A stretch of DNA of 64,000 nucleotides, from the NCBI GenBank assembly GCA_022797215.1, contig JAAWKD010000001.1:15362-79361 (forward strand). Direction: 5' to 3'. This DNA is from Clostridia bacterium (GTDB lineage Bacteria; Bacillota; Clostridia; TANB77; CAG-508). Below are positions 9,209 to 19,771 of this stretch, in pieces; the stretch's first letter is position 1, and each line of letters begins with the position of its first letter. The notes under the pieces were generated by a model. It ran no database searches. It was not told the origin of the DNA and worked only from the letters and a program-made list of their open reading frames with translations. The position numbers and the translations under genes are program-made.

Positions 9209-10213
9209 TTATCCTTCATAAGTTACTCCAATATGGCTATATGCTGCTGGCATAGCAATTCTTCCTCTAGCAGTTCTAGCTAAAAATCCTATTTGAATTA
9301 GATATGGCTCATACATATCTTCTACTGTTTCTGCGTCTTCTCCAATTGTAGTTGCCACTGTTTCAATACTAATTGGTCTTCCATTATATTTAATAATCAT
9401 TGTTTCTAATATTTTTCTGTCTATGTCATCCAATCCCATTTCATCTATTTCTAATTTATTTAATGCTGTTTTTGCTATTTTCAAAGTAATATTTCCATCT
9501 CCTAAAACTGCTGCATAATCTCTTACTCTTTTTAATAATCTATTTGCAATTCTAGGAGTTCCTCTTGAACGTCTTGCAATTTCTGCTGCTGATTCATCAT
9601 CGATTTCTACTTCTAAAATCTTAGCAGATCTTTTTACAATGGTTGTTAAGTCCTTTGTTTGGTATAACTCTAAATGATGTACAATTCCAAATCTATCTCT
9701 TAATGGTGTAGCTAAAGCTCCTGCCCTAGTAGTTGCTCCAATTAATGTGAATTTTGGTAAATCTAAACGAATAGACCTTGCACTTGGTCCTTTTCCTATC
9801 ATAATGTCTAAAGTATAATCTTCTAGAGCTGGATATAGAATTTCTTCTACACTTTTATTTAAACGATGTATTTCATCAATAAATAGTACATCAAATTCTG
9901 ATAAGTTGGTAAGTAAGGCTGCTAAATCTCCTGGTTTTTCAATTGCTGGACCCGATGTAATTTTAATATTAGAGTTCATTTCATTTGATATAATATTGGC
10001 AAGCGTTGTTTTTCCAAGTCCTGGTGGTCCATATAATAGAACATGGTCAAGAGGCTCTCCTCTTTTTTTGGCAGCCTCAATATAGATTTTCATATTTTCT
10101 TTTACTTTATCTTGCCCAATATATTCTTCTAATGTTTTAGGTCTTAAAGTATTTTCTATTCTTTCTTCTTGGATATCCTCTAATTCTGGACTAATTAGTC
10201 TTTCTTCCTCCAT
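9209..10213 (-). CDS. ruvB: Holliday junction branch-migration helicase RuvB
   Basis: [12 protein letters not shown], Walker [10 protein letters not shown], Walker B DEIHRL. Full-length at 334 aa. Confidence 0.97.
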   Translation of the reverse strand: MEEERLISPELEDIQEERIENTLRPKTLEEYIGQDKVKENMKIYIEAAKKRGEPLDHVLLYGPPGLGKTTLANIISNEMNSNIKITSGPAIEKPGDLAALLTNLSEFDVLFIDEIHRLNKSVEEILYPALEDYTLDIMIGKGPSARSIRLDLPKFTLIGATTRAGALATPLRDRFGIVHHLELYQTKDLTTIVKRSAKILEVEIDDESAAEIARRSRGTPRIANRLLKRVRDYAAVLGDGNITLKIAKTALNKLEIDEMGLDDIDRKILETMIIKYNGRPISIETVATTIGEDAETVEDMYEPYLIQIGFLARTARGRIAMPAAYSHIGVTYEG

Positions 10214-10237
10214 CCCTTTGCCGTCCTTTTCAATATA

Positions 10238-11360
10238 TTAATTTTTATCATGTCTAATATTTTTTTCATCTACTTCTATTGTTTCTTCTTGTTTCACTCT
10301 AAAAATGTCTCTATATCCAATTGCCACAAATGCAATTACTAATAAAGCAAATGATAATGCCTTCCAAATTCCACTTTCTAATAGAATAACGGCAAACATT
10401 CCTAATGTAGCAGTAAGACCATATAATATAAAAACAGCTTGTTTTTGCGTATAGCCTTTTTTCATTAATCTATGATGTAAATGTCCTTTATCTGCTTGGA
10501 ATACTGCCTTAATAGATTTTCCTTTAATAATTCTTCGTATAATAGCATACAAAGTATCAAAAATTGGAAAAGCAAGTATAATAATTGGTGCAATTAATAC
10601 AATAGCAGTATAAGTTTTAGCTACTCCGCAAAATAGAAATAATAGCTAATGAAAATCCTAAGAAGTTAGAACCAGTATCTCCTATAAAAGTTCTTGCAGG
10701 GCTAAAATTAAATGGTAAAAATCCAACTATTGCTCCACCTAATGCTGCAATTAACAAAACTGCAATTAGTGGTGATTTATTAAGAGTAAAAATAATTAAC
10801 AACGAAAAACAAGAAATCAAAGTTATTCCAGAGGATAAGCCATCTAGCCCATCAATTAAATTAATTGCATTAGTAATTCCAATAATCCAACAAATAGTAA
10901 GTGCATAAGAAAACCAGTCATTTAAACCAATTTTATCATCTAAAAATGGCAAATGAACATTTTGAATGCGAACTCCACAAGCCACAACAATTACTGTTGC
11001 AACAATTTGCATAATTAATTTTACCCAACTTGGAATTCCTTTAGCATCATCAATAAAACATGTAATTCCTAGTATCACAATTCCAATAAAGAAACCAAAT
11101 ATTTTGAGCCAATATTGCTCTTCTCCAAATAAATCAACAGAATGTTCTAAATTCATAACAATTAATAAATAAACTGTTGATACTAAGAAACCACAAATAA
11201 CTGCCACTCCTCCTAGTCTTGGCATTGGCTTTTTATTGACTCTTCTATCATTTGGTATATCTATTGCTCCTACTTTTCTAGCTAATCTCATCGTATAGGG
11301 TGTTAATACAAAAGCTGTGATAAATGCTAGTAAGAAAGCAATTGCAATATCTCCCCACAT
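10238..11360 (-). pseudogene. Undecaprenyl-phosphate N-acetylhexosamine-1-phosphate transferase (TagO/WecA, MraY family), frame broken
   Basis: ORF 10617..11360 (NAINLIDGLDGL, FIGDTGSNFLGF) ends ...ILRSS*. The continuation ...GVAKTYTAIVLIAPIIILAFPIFDTLYAIIRRI... is in another frame. The switch lies at an A4/T4 run at ~10630. Confidence 0.75.
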
Positions 11361-11419
11361 TGTCCTTCCTCCTCTTGTTTCTTTTTTCTTCTTTTTTATG
11401 TTCTATCAAGCTAACAATC

Positions 11420-12115
11420 TTAATGTAATATTTCTACTGGATAATCAATAAATAGTCCACTTTCTATGACTCCTGTAATAGATTTAATATCTTCTTCTAA
11501 AGTTTCATAAACTTCTACAAATTTGGCATCTAGAATCACGTTATGATTTTCTGTAAATACAGGTCCATCTTTCTTTTCTGCTTTTCTTAAAGTACATTCT
11601 GTAAGTCCTAAATCTAGGAGAGCTTCTTTTACACTGCTAACTGCTTCTGGATATACTTCAATTGGTATTGGAAATTTCTCATTTAGCTTGTCCACAAATT
11701 TGCTATCATCTACTAAAATATAAGTAATTCCACTATTTACCATATTTAGTTTTTCTTTAAACATAGCGGCTCCTCTACCTTTAATTAATATATTGTCTTG
11801 TTTAGATACTTCATCTGCACCATCAAATGCCCAATCTGGCTTTGCCTCTAGAATACTAACTGTTGGAATTTTTAAGTCTTGGCATAATGCTTTTATTTCA
11901 AAAGAAGTTGGAATTGCTGTGATTTTCAAGTTTTCTTCTTCCATCCTTCTTGCAATTTCTTTTGCAGCTAAATATGATGTAGACCCTGATCCAAATCCTA
12001 TTACATCTCCGTCTTTTGCTTTTGCTGCTACTTCTTTTGCTACTTTTTCTTTCTGCTCTTGATTGCTAATTTTATTTGGCATAATTTCTTGTATAGAACT
12101 ATTCATCCATTCCAT
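11420..12115 (-). CDS. rpiA: Ribose-5-phosphate isomerase A
   Basis: GFGSGSTS, DGADEV and KGRGAAMFKEK motifs. Confidence 0.9.
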   Translation of the reverse strand: MEWMNSSIQEIMPNKISNQEQKEKVAKEVAAKAKDGDVIGFGSGSTSYLAAKEIARRMEEENLKITAIPTSFEIKALCQDLKIPTVSILEAKPDWAFDGADEVSKQDNILIKGRGAAMFKEKLNMVNSGITYILVDDSKFVDKLNEKFPIPIEVYPEAVSSVKEALLDLGLTECTLRKAEKKDGPVFTENHNVILDAKFVEVYETLEEDIKSITGVIESGLFIDYPVEILH

Positions 12116-12365
12116 AATTTATCCTCACTTTATTCCATTAAATTTTGACTGTATTATATCATTATCAACATTAGAAAGTAAAGGTAATTACATGAAAAAG
12201 CTTAGAAATGTAAAAAGATGTTTGAGTTTTTCTTCAAATAGTAGAATGTGCCAAGTGCCATAGAAAAATGATACATTTCTAGGCTTTTTTTGATTTCTAC
12301 TTGTCTTTTTCCCCCATCTAGTGATAAAATATTGATTATATTGTAAATTGAAGGGAATGATTATT

Positions 12366-13583
12366 ATGGCAAAAGAAAATGTATTCAATACTCTGATGGA
12401 AAGAGGTTACATAGAACAGGTAACTCATGAAGAATTAAAAGATCTATTAGGAAAAGAAAATGTTCCTTTTTATATTGGATTTGATCCTACAGCTGACAGC
12501 TTACATATTGGTCACTTTATTTCTTTAATGGTAGCTTCTCAGATGCAAAAAGCAGGTCATAAGCCTATTATTTTAATTGGTGGTGGTACTGCTACTATTG
12601 GCGACCCATCTGGAAAAACGGACATGAGAAAAATGATGACTCGTCAAGACATTGATCATAATGTAGAATGTTTCAAAAAACAAATGTCTAAATTTCTAAG
12701 TTTTGAAGGTGAAAACGCTGCTATTATTGTTAATAATGGAGATTGGCTTTTGAATTTAAACTTCGTAGAATTTATGCGTGATATTGGTTCTCTATTCTCT
12801 GTTAATAAAATGCTTTCAGCAGAATGTTATAAACAAAGAATGGAACGTGGGCTTACCTTTTTTGAACTTGGCTATATGTTAATGCAATCTTATGACTTTT
12901 TACATTTATATGAAACTTATGGCTGTAAATTACAGTTAGGTGGAAATGATCAATGGTCTAATATTTTAGGTGGTGTTGATTTAATTCGTAGAATCGGACA
13001 TTCTGACTCTTTTGGTTTAACTTTTAAATTGCTAACAACTAAAGAAGGTAAAAAAATGGGTAAAACAGAAAAAGGCGCTTTATGGCTTGACCCTGAAAAA
13101 ACTTCTCCATATGAATTTTACCAGTATTGGAGAAATATTGATGATGCAGATGTAAAAACTGTTTTATCGTTAATTACTTTCCTACCAATGGAACAAATCA
13201 ACGAACTATGTGCCTATCAAGATGAAAGAATTAATGAAGCTAAAAAAGTGGCTGCTTTTGAAATCACAAAACTAATTCATGGTGAAGAAGAAGCAAAAAA
13301 GGCTGAAGAAGCTGCTCAAGCTTTATTCGAAGGAAATGGTAGCTTAGACAATATGCCTACTTCTAAAGTAGAAGACTTGCCTATCTCTATTTTAGATGCT
13401 ATGATACAAATTGGTTTTGCTCCTTCTAAAGGTCAGGCTAGAACCTTAATTGAACAAGGTGGTATTTCTTTAAATGATGAAAAAATAGCTGATACTACTT
13501 ACCAATTATCTGAAAACGATTTTAAAGAAGGTTATGCTATTTTAAAAAAAGGTAAAAAGGTATTTCATAAATTAGAAAAATAG
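12366..13583 (+). CDS. tyrS: Tyrosine--tRNA ligase
   Basis: HIGH motif (SLHIGHF), KMSKS-type KMGKT, C-terminal S4-like domain. The ATG at 12366 has GAAGGGA upstream; the track ORF starts at a TTG at 12348. Confidence 0.95.
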   Translation: MAKENVFNTLMERGYIEQVTHEELKDLLGKENVPFYIGFDPTADSLHIGHFISLMVASQMQKAGHKPIILIGGGTATIGDPSGKTDMRKMMTRQDIDHNVECFKKQMSKFLSFEGENAAIIVNNGDWLLNLNFVEFMRDIGSLFSVNKMLSAECYKQRMERGLTFFELGYMLMQSYDFLHLYETYGCKLQLGGNDQWSNILGGVDLIRRIGHSDSFGLTFKLLTTKEGKKMGKTEKGALWLDPEKTSPYEFYQYWRNIDDADVKTVLSLITFLPMEQINELCAYQDERINEAKKVAAFEITKLIHGEEEAKKAEEAAQALFEGNGSLDNMPTSKVEDLPISILDAMIQIGFAPSKGQARTLIEQGGISLNDEKIADTTYQLSENDFKEGYAILKKGKKVFHKLEK

Positions 13584-13587
13584 AAAA

Positions 13588-13615
13588 AAAGGGATGAAAT
13601 TAAAATCATCCCTTT
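13588..13615. terminator. Bidirectional intrinsic terminator
   Basis: AAAGGGATGA-aattaaaa-TCATCCCTTT flanked by A-run/T-run, between convergent tyrS and the GT2-TagF gene. Confidence 0.8.
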
Positions 13616-13617
13616 TC

Positions 13618-16245
13618 TTATTTTTCCTCTTTCATTAGCTCTTTATAGATTTTCTCACAGCAATTCTCTGTTTTGTAGAAAAATCCTTCCATTCTTTCTT
13701 TATATTTTTCCTCTAATTGAAAATCTTTTTCTATATAACTTTTAACTTTCTCTATTAATGTCTCTGCTGTTTCTACAATATCTCCAAAAGCTTCTTCTAA
13801 TGGTAGATCCAATTCTCTATATGTGTGTAACCCCGCTTTAAATTCAATTAAGTCTGGTACAAAATAAATCATTGGTGTTTTTAAAAGTGCAAAATCAAAT
13901 TGAAAAGAAGAAAAATCTGTAATGAACAAATTGTATTCTTCGTTTTTAACATTTTCTTCTGCCAATTTTATATTCTTTGTTTGTATTTTAAATAAATCTT
14001 TATATCCCCCAAAGATAGGATGTAATTTAAAATGTAACTCTATTCCTCTTTCTCCTAATAATTTGTCTAATTTCTGATTATTCAAAAATTGATTGATTTC
14101 TTGATAAAATTTAGAATGTAAAAAGTCATTCTTTTTTAACGCTCTCTTTCCATTAACAGGAGGATCTTGTATTAAATAAGCTCTCCAAGATGGCGCAAAT
14201 AAAATCTTATTTTTTCTATTTGGTTCTGGGTTTTCTAAGTCAAATCTAGGCATTCCAGTTTTTATCAAGTCTTTTTCATCATATTGATAATTTTCTATCA
14301 TGTTCTTTTCTTCAAAATGTGAAGAAACAACAATTTTATCAATTTCTGTAAATTCTTTACTATACATTTTTAATAACTTAGCATATAAAACACCATGTTG
14401 CAGATAGATTAAATCATATTGTAATAAATCTTTATACCAACTAATCGTTTTCTTTTTAAATGGAGAATATTCATTTATAGATGCAAATGTAGTAATAATT
14501 TTATCACAACGTAAAAACATAATTTTATGTTTATAGCTATTCTTTTGAATAATATATTTTCTCCATTCTTTTGGCGTAAAATATTTTTTATATTGTGCCT
14601 TGTCTCCATCTAAAATATAATATCTTTGTATGCCATCATCTTTTTGTATATCATGTTTAAATTGATAATAAGCATTATCAATCACTTTATTTCTATCACA
14701 GTATAACCATATTGTTTTATTTGTTTTTGTAAACTTACGATAGACATTAATCATTGAATTATAATCATCATATAATCTTCTTAGTTTTCGTTTTGCCTTT
14801 TTCCTTCCCTCTAAATCAAGCTCTTTCATAGTAAAAAAAGCAGTTTCAGGTTCATATTTCAATAAAAATTTCTCATTTTCAATTAGAATACGGTTTCTTT
14901 CTAGTTTCGTATTAAATGCACACCAATCTGAAAATAAAGCTTCAAGTGGTATCTCATGTTCTTCTACTTTTAATGAAAAATTAAAATTCTGCAAATTCTC
15001 CAATGGCAATGTATATTCAAATTTATAAAATGTATTTGTTTTAAAATTAGCCCCATAATAGTCCATATTAGAATTAGATACTGTTATTTGCTCTTTTGGT
15101 TTTCCATTCATTTGAATATACAATTGTGGGCGAACAAATTCACAAAGTGGTGAACGAATATACCCTAACATATCAATTTGATGATTTTTTATTTTGAAGC
15201 GATTAAAAACCAAATCCACCTTAGAATCTGTATAAACTATTTTGCCTTTATGGTTAATAGAAAAGTTTGCTCCATATCCTATTTTTAATTCTAATGGTGT
15301 TTCTCTTAATCTTAGCAAATACATTTTTAAGAATATATTCATATTTGTTTTTTCTAAAATAGTATCAATTTCTATATGTGAAAGAATTTTCTTTATTTTT
15401 TCTATTGCTTTTTGATAATCTTCTTGTTCTAAATAATAAGGAAAGAGTAAGTCTGAATTTATTCTCCATTTTATTCCCTGTAAAATAAGTCCTTGTATAT
15501 ATTTAGGCAAAACTCCTTCTTGGTTTGTATATTCTTCTATTAAATATTCAAAATAGCCTGTAAATTGTTCAAAACAATAATAGGGATTTTGTTTTGTACT
15601 GCTAACAGATTCTCCATGTTTTCTATAATAATAGATTGCCTCTTTGCAAAATCCAATCTTCCCTTTTTTCATAATAATTGCTGTATTAAATTTTTCATCT
15701 TCTGCTAGAGTCATTTTCTCATCATATAGTACATTATCTTTTCCTTGGTTTCTGAAAATAATATTAATAGTGGCCTGAGAAAGATGTGGAAATTCTTCTA
15801 TCGGATAAACTCCTGTGCCAAACATATACAACTTATTTCTATAATGATTACTTTTCTTTCCTTCTTTATAGTTTTTCATTGTATAGGAGGAAATATCAAT
15901 TTCCGAATTTTCTTCCATAAAATGAAAAAGCTCTTTTACTGTTTCATTAGATATAAAGTCATCAGAATCTAAAATCATAATGTATTTGCCTTCTGCCTTT
16001 TGTATTCCTATATTTCTTGTATAGGATACACCATGATTATCATGTTTCATAAATAAGATATTTTGATATTGTTTAGCATAATTTTCACAAATAGTAGCAC
16101 TATTATCCTTTGATCCATCATCAATTAAAATCAATTGTATTTTAGAAAAATCAAATTCTTGTTGTATTACAGATTTTATACATTCTTCTACATACTTTTC
16201 ATTATTGTATACTGCTACTATAATAGAAACATCGTATTTATACAT
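13618..16245 (-). CDS. Bifunctional teichoic-acid enzyme: GT2 glycosyltransferase (N-terminal) fused to a CDP-glycerol/ribitol phosphotransferase domain (TagB/TagF family)
   Basis: N-terminus VSIIVAVYNNEKY...DDGSKD...DSDD (GT-A/GT2). The C-terminal half resembles the three downstream TagF-family paralogs (LFAPSWR..., ITDFSS). Confidence 0.85.
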   Translation of the reverse strand: MYKYDVSIIVAVYNNEKYVEECIKSVIQQEFDFSKIQLILIDDGSKDNSATICENYAKQYQNILFMKHDNHGVSYTRNIGIQKAEGKYIMILDSDDFISNETVKELFHFMEENSEIDISSYTMKNYKEGKKSNHYRNKLYMFGTGVYPIEEFPHLSQATINIIFRNQGKDNVLYDEKMTLAEDEKFNTAIIMKKGKIGFCKEAIYYYRKHGESVSSTKQNPYYCFEQFTGYFEYLIEEYTNQEGVLPKYIQGLILQGIKWRINSDLLFPYYLEQEDYQKAIEKIKKILSHIEIDTILEKTNMNIFLKMYLLRLRETPLELKIGYGANFSINHKGKIVYTDSKVDLVFNRFKIKNHQIDMLGYIRSPLCEFVRPQLYIQMNGKPKEQITVSNSNMDYYGANFKTNTFYKFEYTLPLENLQNFNFSLKVEEHEIPLEALFSDWCAFNTKLERNRILIENEKFLLKYEPETAFFTMKELDLEGRKKAKRKLRRLYDDYNSMINVYRKFTKTNKTIWLYCDRNKVIDNAYYQFKHDIQKDDGIQRYYILDGDKAQYKKYFTPKEWRKYIIQKNSYKHKIMFLRCDKIITTFASINEYSPFKKKTISWYKDLLQYDLIYLQHGVLYAKLLKMYSKEFTEIDKIVVSSHFEEKNMIENYQYDEKDLIKTGMPRFDLENPEPNRKNKILFAPSWRAYLIQDPPVNGKRALKKNDFLHSKFYQEINQFLNNQKLDKLLGERGIELHFKLHPIFGGYKDLFKIQTKNIKLAEENVKNEEYNLFITDFSSFQFDFALLKTPMIYFVPDLIEFKAGLHTYRELDLPLEEAFGDIVETAETLIEKVKSYIEKDFQLEEKYKERMEGFFYKTENCCEKIYKELMKEEK

Positions 16246-16265
16246 GTATCTTTTCTCCTCACAAT

Positions 16266-17384
16266 CTATTGCATATTATCTAAAATAAATTTTGTTAATT
16301 TTTTAGTTGCCTCTTCTAAGTCGTCAACATATTTATGGCAAAATTTCTCTTCTTTTTCTTCATCATATTTTCCCTGTTTGATCATTTGTAAAATCTCCTT
16401 AAAGTCTCTACAAATTGGGCCTGGCATTTCTGTTTCATAATCAATAAAAAATCCTCTATCATCTACATAAGTATCATAATCATAAGTGTATAAATAAATT
16501 GGCTTTTTGGTAATTGCTGCCTCATAAATAATAGCTGAATAATCTGTAATAATGTAATCACCAATATGTAAAAGTTCTAATCCTGTAAGGTTACTTTTCC
16601 TTTTCATTTTTTCCTTTTGTTCTACATATACCTTTTCTGTTCCATCATGAAGTTTTACAATAAAATTATATCGTTTTAAGTCTATTTGTTTGGCTAGTTC
16701 ATCTGTTGCAATTTTATGTTCTTTTCTTTGTGTTGGACAATATAAAATATTTTGTTTTTTGTTATCTACTTCTGGATAGATCTCATAAAATTGATTATAT
16801 ACTTGTTCTTTTTCTTTTTTAGATTGCAAAAAATCTACTCTTGGAAGACTCATGACTTTCATTTGCTCATCTTTTGCTTGAAATGCCTCTTGAAAAAATG
16901 GTCTTGATATATTACTTGATGTTAAAATATAAGTATAGTTTTTATGCATTTTCATTGCCTTTGCTAAGTTCCCATTTCTTCCATCTCTTTTGTCTAAAGT
17001 AGAATATCCAAACCTTTTTAGCGATCCTAGTGCATGCCATATCTGAATAACTTTCAAAGACTTTTTATGTTTTAACATACTAATCATAATACAATAAGTA
17101 TCTAATATCACTACTTTTGAAGTGGCGATATGATACATTTGTTTAAACATATGAAAAAAATATTTTACCTTTTGAATCAATCCTTTTTTTAGTGTTTTTG
17201 TTAGTATTACAATTTTAACATCTGGAGCTTCTACTTTTATTTCATCTACCAACAATCTAAAATCTATATTTACTTTATCCGATTGTCTACTGATAAAGCA
17301 AATCTTGTTTTTAGTAGGTAATAACTTAAAAAAGCAATATATGAAATTCATAAATACTTCAAAACATTTTATCAAGATGTTCAT
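16266..17384 (-). CDS. CDP-glycerol glycerophosphotransferase family protein (TagB/TagF/TarF-like)
   Basis: QIWHALGSLKRFGYS, ILYCPTQR and ITDYSAIIYE family motifs. Confidence 0.85.
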   Translation of the reverse strand: MNILIKCFEVFMNFIYCFFKLLPTKNKICFISRQSDKVNIDFRLLVDEIKVEAPDVKIVILTKTLKKGLIQKVKYFFHMFKQMYHIATSKVVILDTYCIMISMLKHKKSLKVIQIWHALGSLKRFGYSTLDKRDGRNGNLAKAMKMHKNYTYILTSSNISRPFFQEAFQAKDEQMKVMSLPRVDFLQSKKEKEQVYNQFYEIYPEVDNKKQNILYCPTQRKEHKIATDELAKQIDLKRYNFIVKLHDGTEKVYVEQKEKMKRKSNLTGLELLHIGDYIITDYSAIIYEAAITKKPIYLYTYDYDTYVDDRGFFIDYETEMPGPICRDFKEILQMIKQGKYDEEKEEKFCHKYVDDLEEATKKLTKFILDNMQ

Positions 17385-17393
17385 TCTTATCTC

Positions 17394-18533
17394 CTATTTT
17401 AGTATTAATTCCTCTACAAATCTTTTTGTTGCTTTACCATCACACTTATTCAAAAACTTTTCTTTGAATTTCTCTATTTTGTTACTATCAATAGCCACAT
17501 GTTGCATATTTTGGATTAATTCTCCTTGACTTTTGGCAATTGTACCATACATATATTCTTGATAGTCATAATAGAAACTTCTAGATTGATCATATTCTTC
17601 TAAATCTGGCACATAAAATATGGCTGGTTTTTCCATGAGAGAATACTCAAATATAACAGAGGAATAATCTGTTATTAATAAGTCTGTTACTAATAGTAAA
17701 TCATTAATATCATAATAACTTGTTAAATCTATTATCTTATCCTTAAATCCTTTATCAATTGAAATTGCATTTTTAATAAATGGATGTAATTTAATAATAA
17801 ATATTTCATTTTCTTTTAAATTCTCATATATGTTCTTTAAGTTTATATAGCTTTCTGGATAATGTGCCGACTTTCTTCCACTTCCTCTAAAGGTTGGTGC
17901 AAATAAAATTACTCTTTTATTCTTTAATATAGGATATTGCTCATATATGTTTTCTCTTTTTTGATTAATAATATCTTCATTAAAAAATAAATCTGTTCTT
18001 GGTATCCCTAGTGCATGTATTTTTTCTTTATTAATACCAAAAGCTTCTGCATAGTTTGCAATAATTGAATCTGAACTTACAATAGCATCTGTATAGTTCT
18101 TATGGGTAAGTGAATTTTCATTTTTAATATCTTTTCTACTATATCCCACTTTTTTATATGCTCCTAGTGCATGCCATACTTGTATGAATTTTGTTCCCTT
18201 TCGTATCTTCAAAACATACATTAACGGAAAGAAGTCATCGATTAGGATATATTTAGAAGTCGCTACATGATACAAAATTTTAAACTCGTATTGTATCTTT
18301 TTCCAAAAACTTTTCTCATCAGTAAGCATAATTTGAATGTCATAGTCATATTGTTTTAGTTCTTCATAAATATAAAGTAAATTACCATATAGATTATTTT
18401 TAGTATTACTTGCTATTAATACTTTTTTTTCATGACATTTGAAAATATGAACATATAAATTATATAATAAAATTAATATTATTTTTTTACCCTTTTGTAA
18501 AAAAGGGTAAAATCTTGTTTTCAAATTTTTCAT
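17394..18533 (-). CDS. CDP-glycerol/ribitol phosphotransferase family protein (TagF/TarL-like)
   Basis: QVWHALGAYKKVGYS, ILFAPTFRG and ITDYSSVIFEY motifs. Confidence 0.85.
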   Translation of the reverse strand: MKNLKTRFYPFLQKGKKIILILLYNLYVHIFKCHEKKVLIASNTKNNLYGNLLYIYEELKQYDYDIQIMLTDEKSFWKKIQYEFKILYHVATSKYILIDDFFPLMYVLKIRKGTKFIQVWHALGAYKKVGYSRKDIKNENSLTHKNYTDAIVSSDSIIANYAEAFGINKEKIHALGIPRTDLFFNEDIINQKRENIYEQYPILKNKRVILFAPTFRGSGRKSAHYPESYINLKNIYENLKENEIFIIKLHPFIKNAISIDKGFKDKIIDLTSYYDINDLLLVTDLLITDYSSVIFEYSLMEKPAIFYVPDLEEYDQSRSFYYDYQEYMYGTIAKSQGELIQNMQHVAIDSNKIEKFKEKFLNKCDGKATKRFVEELILK

Positions 18534-18549
18534 ACTATACTTAATTTCC

Positions 18550-19770
18550 TTACCTCTTTATTTCTGCTGTAGGTAACTGGTTTAAAACTTTTTCTTTGAT
18601 AAAGTCCAAATTATTTTCAAAAATCCATTCACAAGTATTTCTAGTTGCATTGCCATCACATTTGCTCATAAACTTTTTCATAAAAGTTTCTCTTTTAGCT
18701 TCTAATACTTTAGCATTTTGGATTGCGTCTATTAGTTCCTCTGATGTTTTGGCAATATCACCATATATGTAATCTTCTAATTCAAAATATAAACCTCTAT
18801 CTTGTTGGTATACATCATAATCATAAACAAAATACACTACAGGCTTATTTAATAATGCATAGTCAAATATAACAGAAGAATAGTCAGTTATTAAGACATC
18901 TGTGATAAGCAGTAATTCATTAATATCTCTTTTATCAGAAAAATCATAAAAGAAGTTTTCATATTTTTCCAAATCATATGGAATGATTCCTTGTTTCTGC
19001 ATTTGGTAATAATGTCCTGGATGCCATTTGAATAAAAAGATATAATTTTCATTAGCAAATTCTTGATAGATTTTCTCTACATCCAATTCTTCATAATCAT
19101 AATAGGAATGTTTTAATGATACACCTCTATAGGTAGGTGCAAATAATATTACCTTTTTGTCTTTTAAGTATGGATATTCTTGATATAACTCTTCTCTTTT
19201 TTGCCTAATATATTCCTGATTAAAAAATATATCTGTCCTTGCCATCCCTGTTGCCTTTACATTTTCTATATCCATTCCAAATCCCTCTGCATAGCACCAT
19301 CTAATTTGCTCTGCTGAAACCATCGCTTTTGTATAATTTCGGTGTCCATTTATTCTATCTTTCCAACTTTTTGTTTTATCTTGTCTACTATACCCAAATT
19401 TTTTAAAAGCTCCTGCCCCATGCCATAATTGACAAACTTCTTGCCCTTTTCTTACTTTCATAATGGATATCATTCTAGAGTAGTCGTCTAATAAAACATA
19501 TTTTGAAGTTGCTAAATAATATACTAGTTTCAGTTTTTCTTTGATCTTTCTTTTGGCTTTACGGTCTTTTTTTAAGCTTAATACTTTCTCACATTTTTCA
19601 TCTTCTAGCATATCATAAATAAACTTCAAATTGCCATCTAAAGCATCTCTAACATCTGATAAAAATAGTATTCTATTTTCCTTCATTTTTAGCACCATAC
19701 ATAGTATACGAGATATTAGCATAAACATATATATTTTTACTCTTGTTATTATTTTCTTAATATATTTCAT
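18550..19770 (-). CDS. CDP-glycerol/ribitol phosphotransferase family protein (TagF/TarL-like)
   Basis: QLWHGAGAFKKFGYS, ILFAPTYRG and ITDYSSVIFDY motifs. Paralog of 17394..18533. Confidence 0.85.
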   Translation of the reverse strand: MKYIKKIITRVKIYMFMLISRILCMVLKMKENRILFLSDVRDALDGNLKFIYDMLEDEKCEKVLSLKKDRKAKRKIKEKLKLVYYLATSKYVLLDDYSRMISIMKVRKGQEVCQLWHGAGAFKKFGYSRQDKTKSWKDRINGHRNYTKAMVSAEQIRWCYAEGFGMDIENVKATGMARTDIFFNQEYIRQKREELYQEYPYLKDKKVILFAPTYRGVSLKHSYYDYEELDVEKIYQEFANENYIFLFKWHPGHYYQMQKQGIIPYDLEKYENFFYDFSDKRDINELLLITDVLITDYSSVIFDYALLNKPVVYFVYDYDVYQQDRGLYFELEDYIYGDIAKTSEELIDAIQNAKVLEAKRETFMKKFMSKCDGNATRNTCEWIFENNLDFIKEKVLNQLPTAEIKR

Positions 19771-19771
19771 T

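Noticed and set aside
12063-12388. ORFs 12063..12263 (+) and 12188..12388 (-) in the rpiA-tyrS spacer.
   Set aside because: They have no RBS and no recognisable family, and they overlap each other and the tyrS leader structure. They are treated as non-coding.
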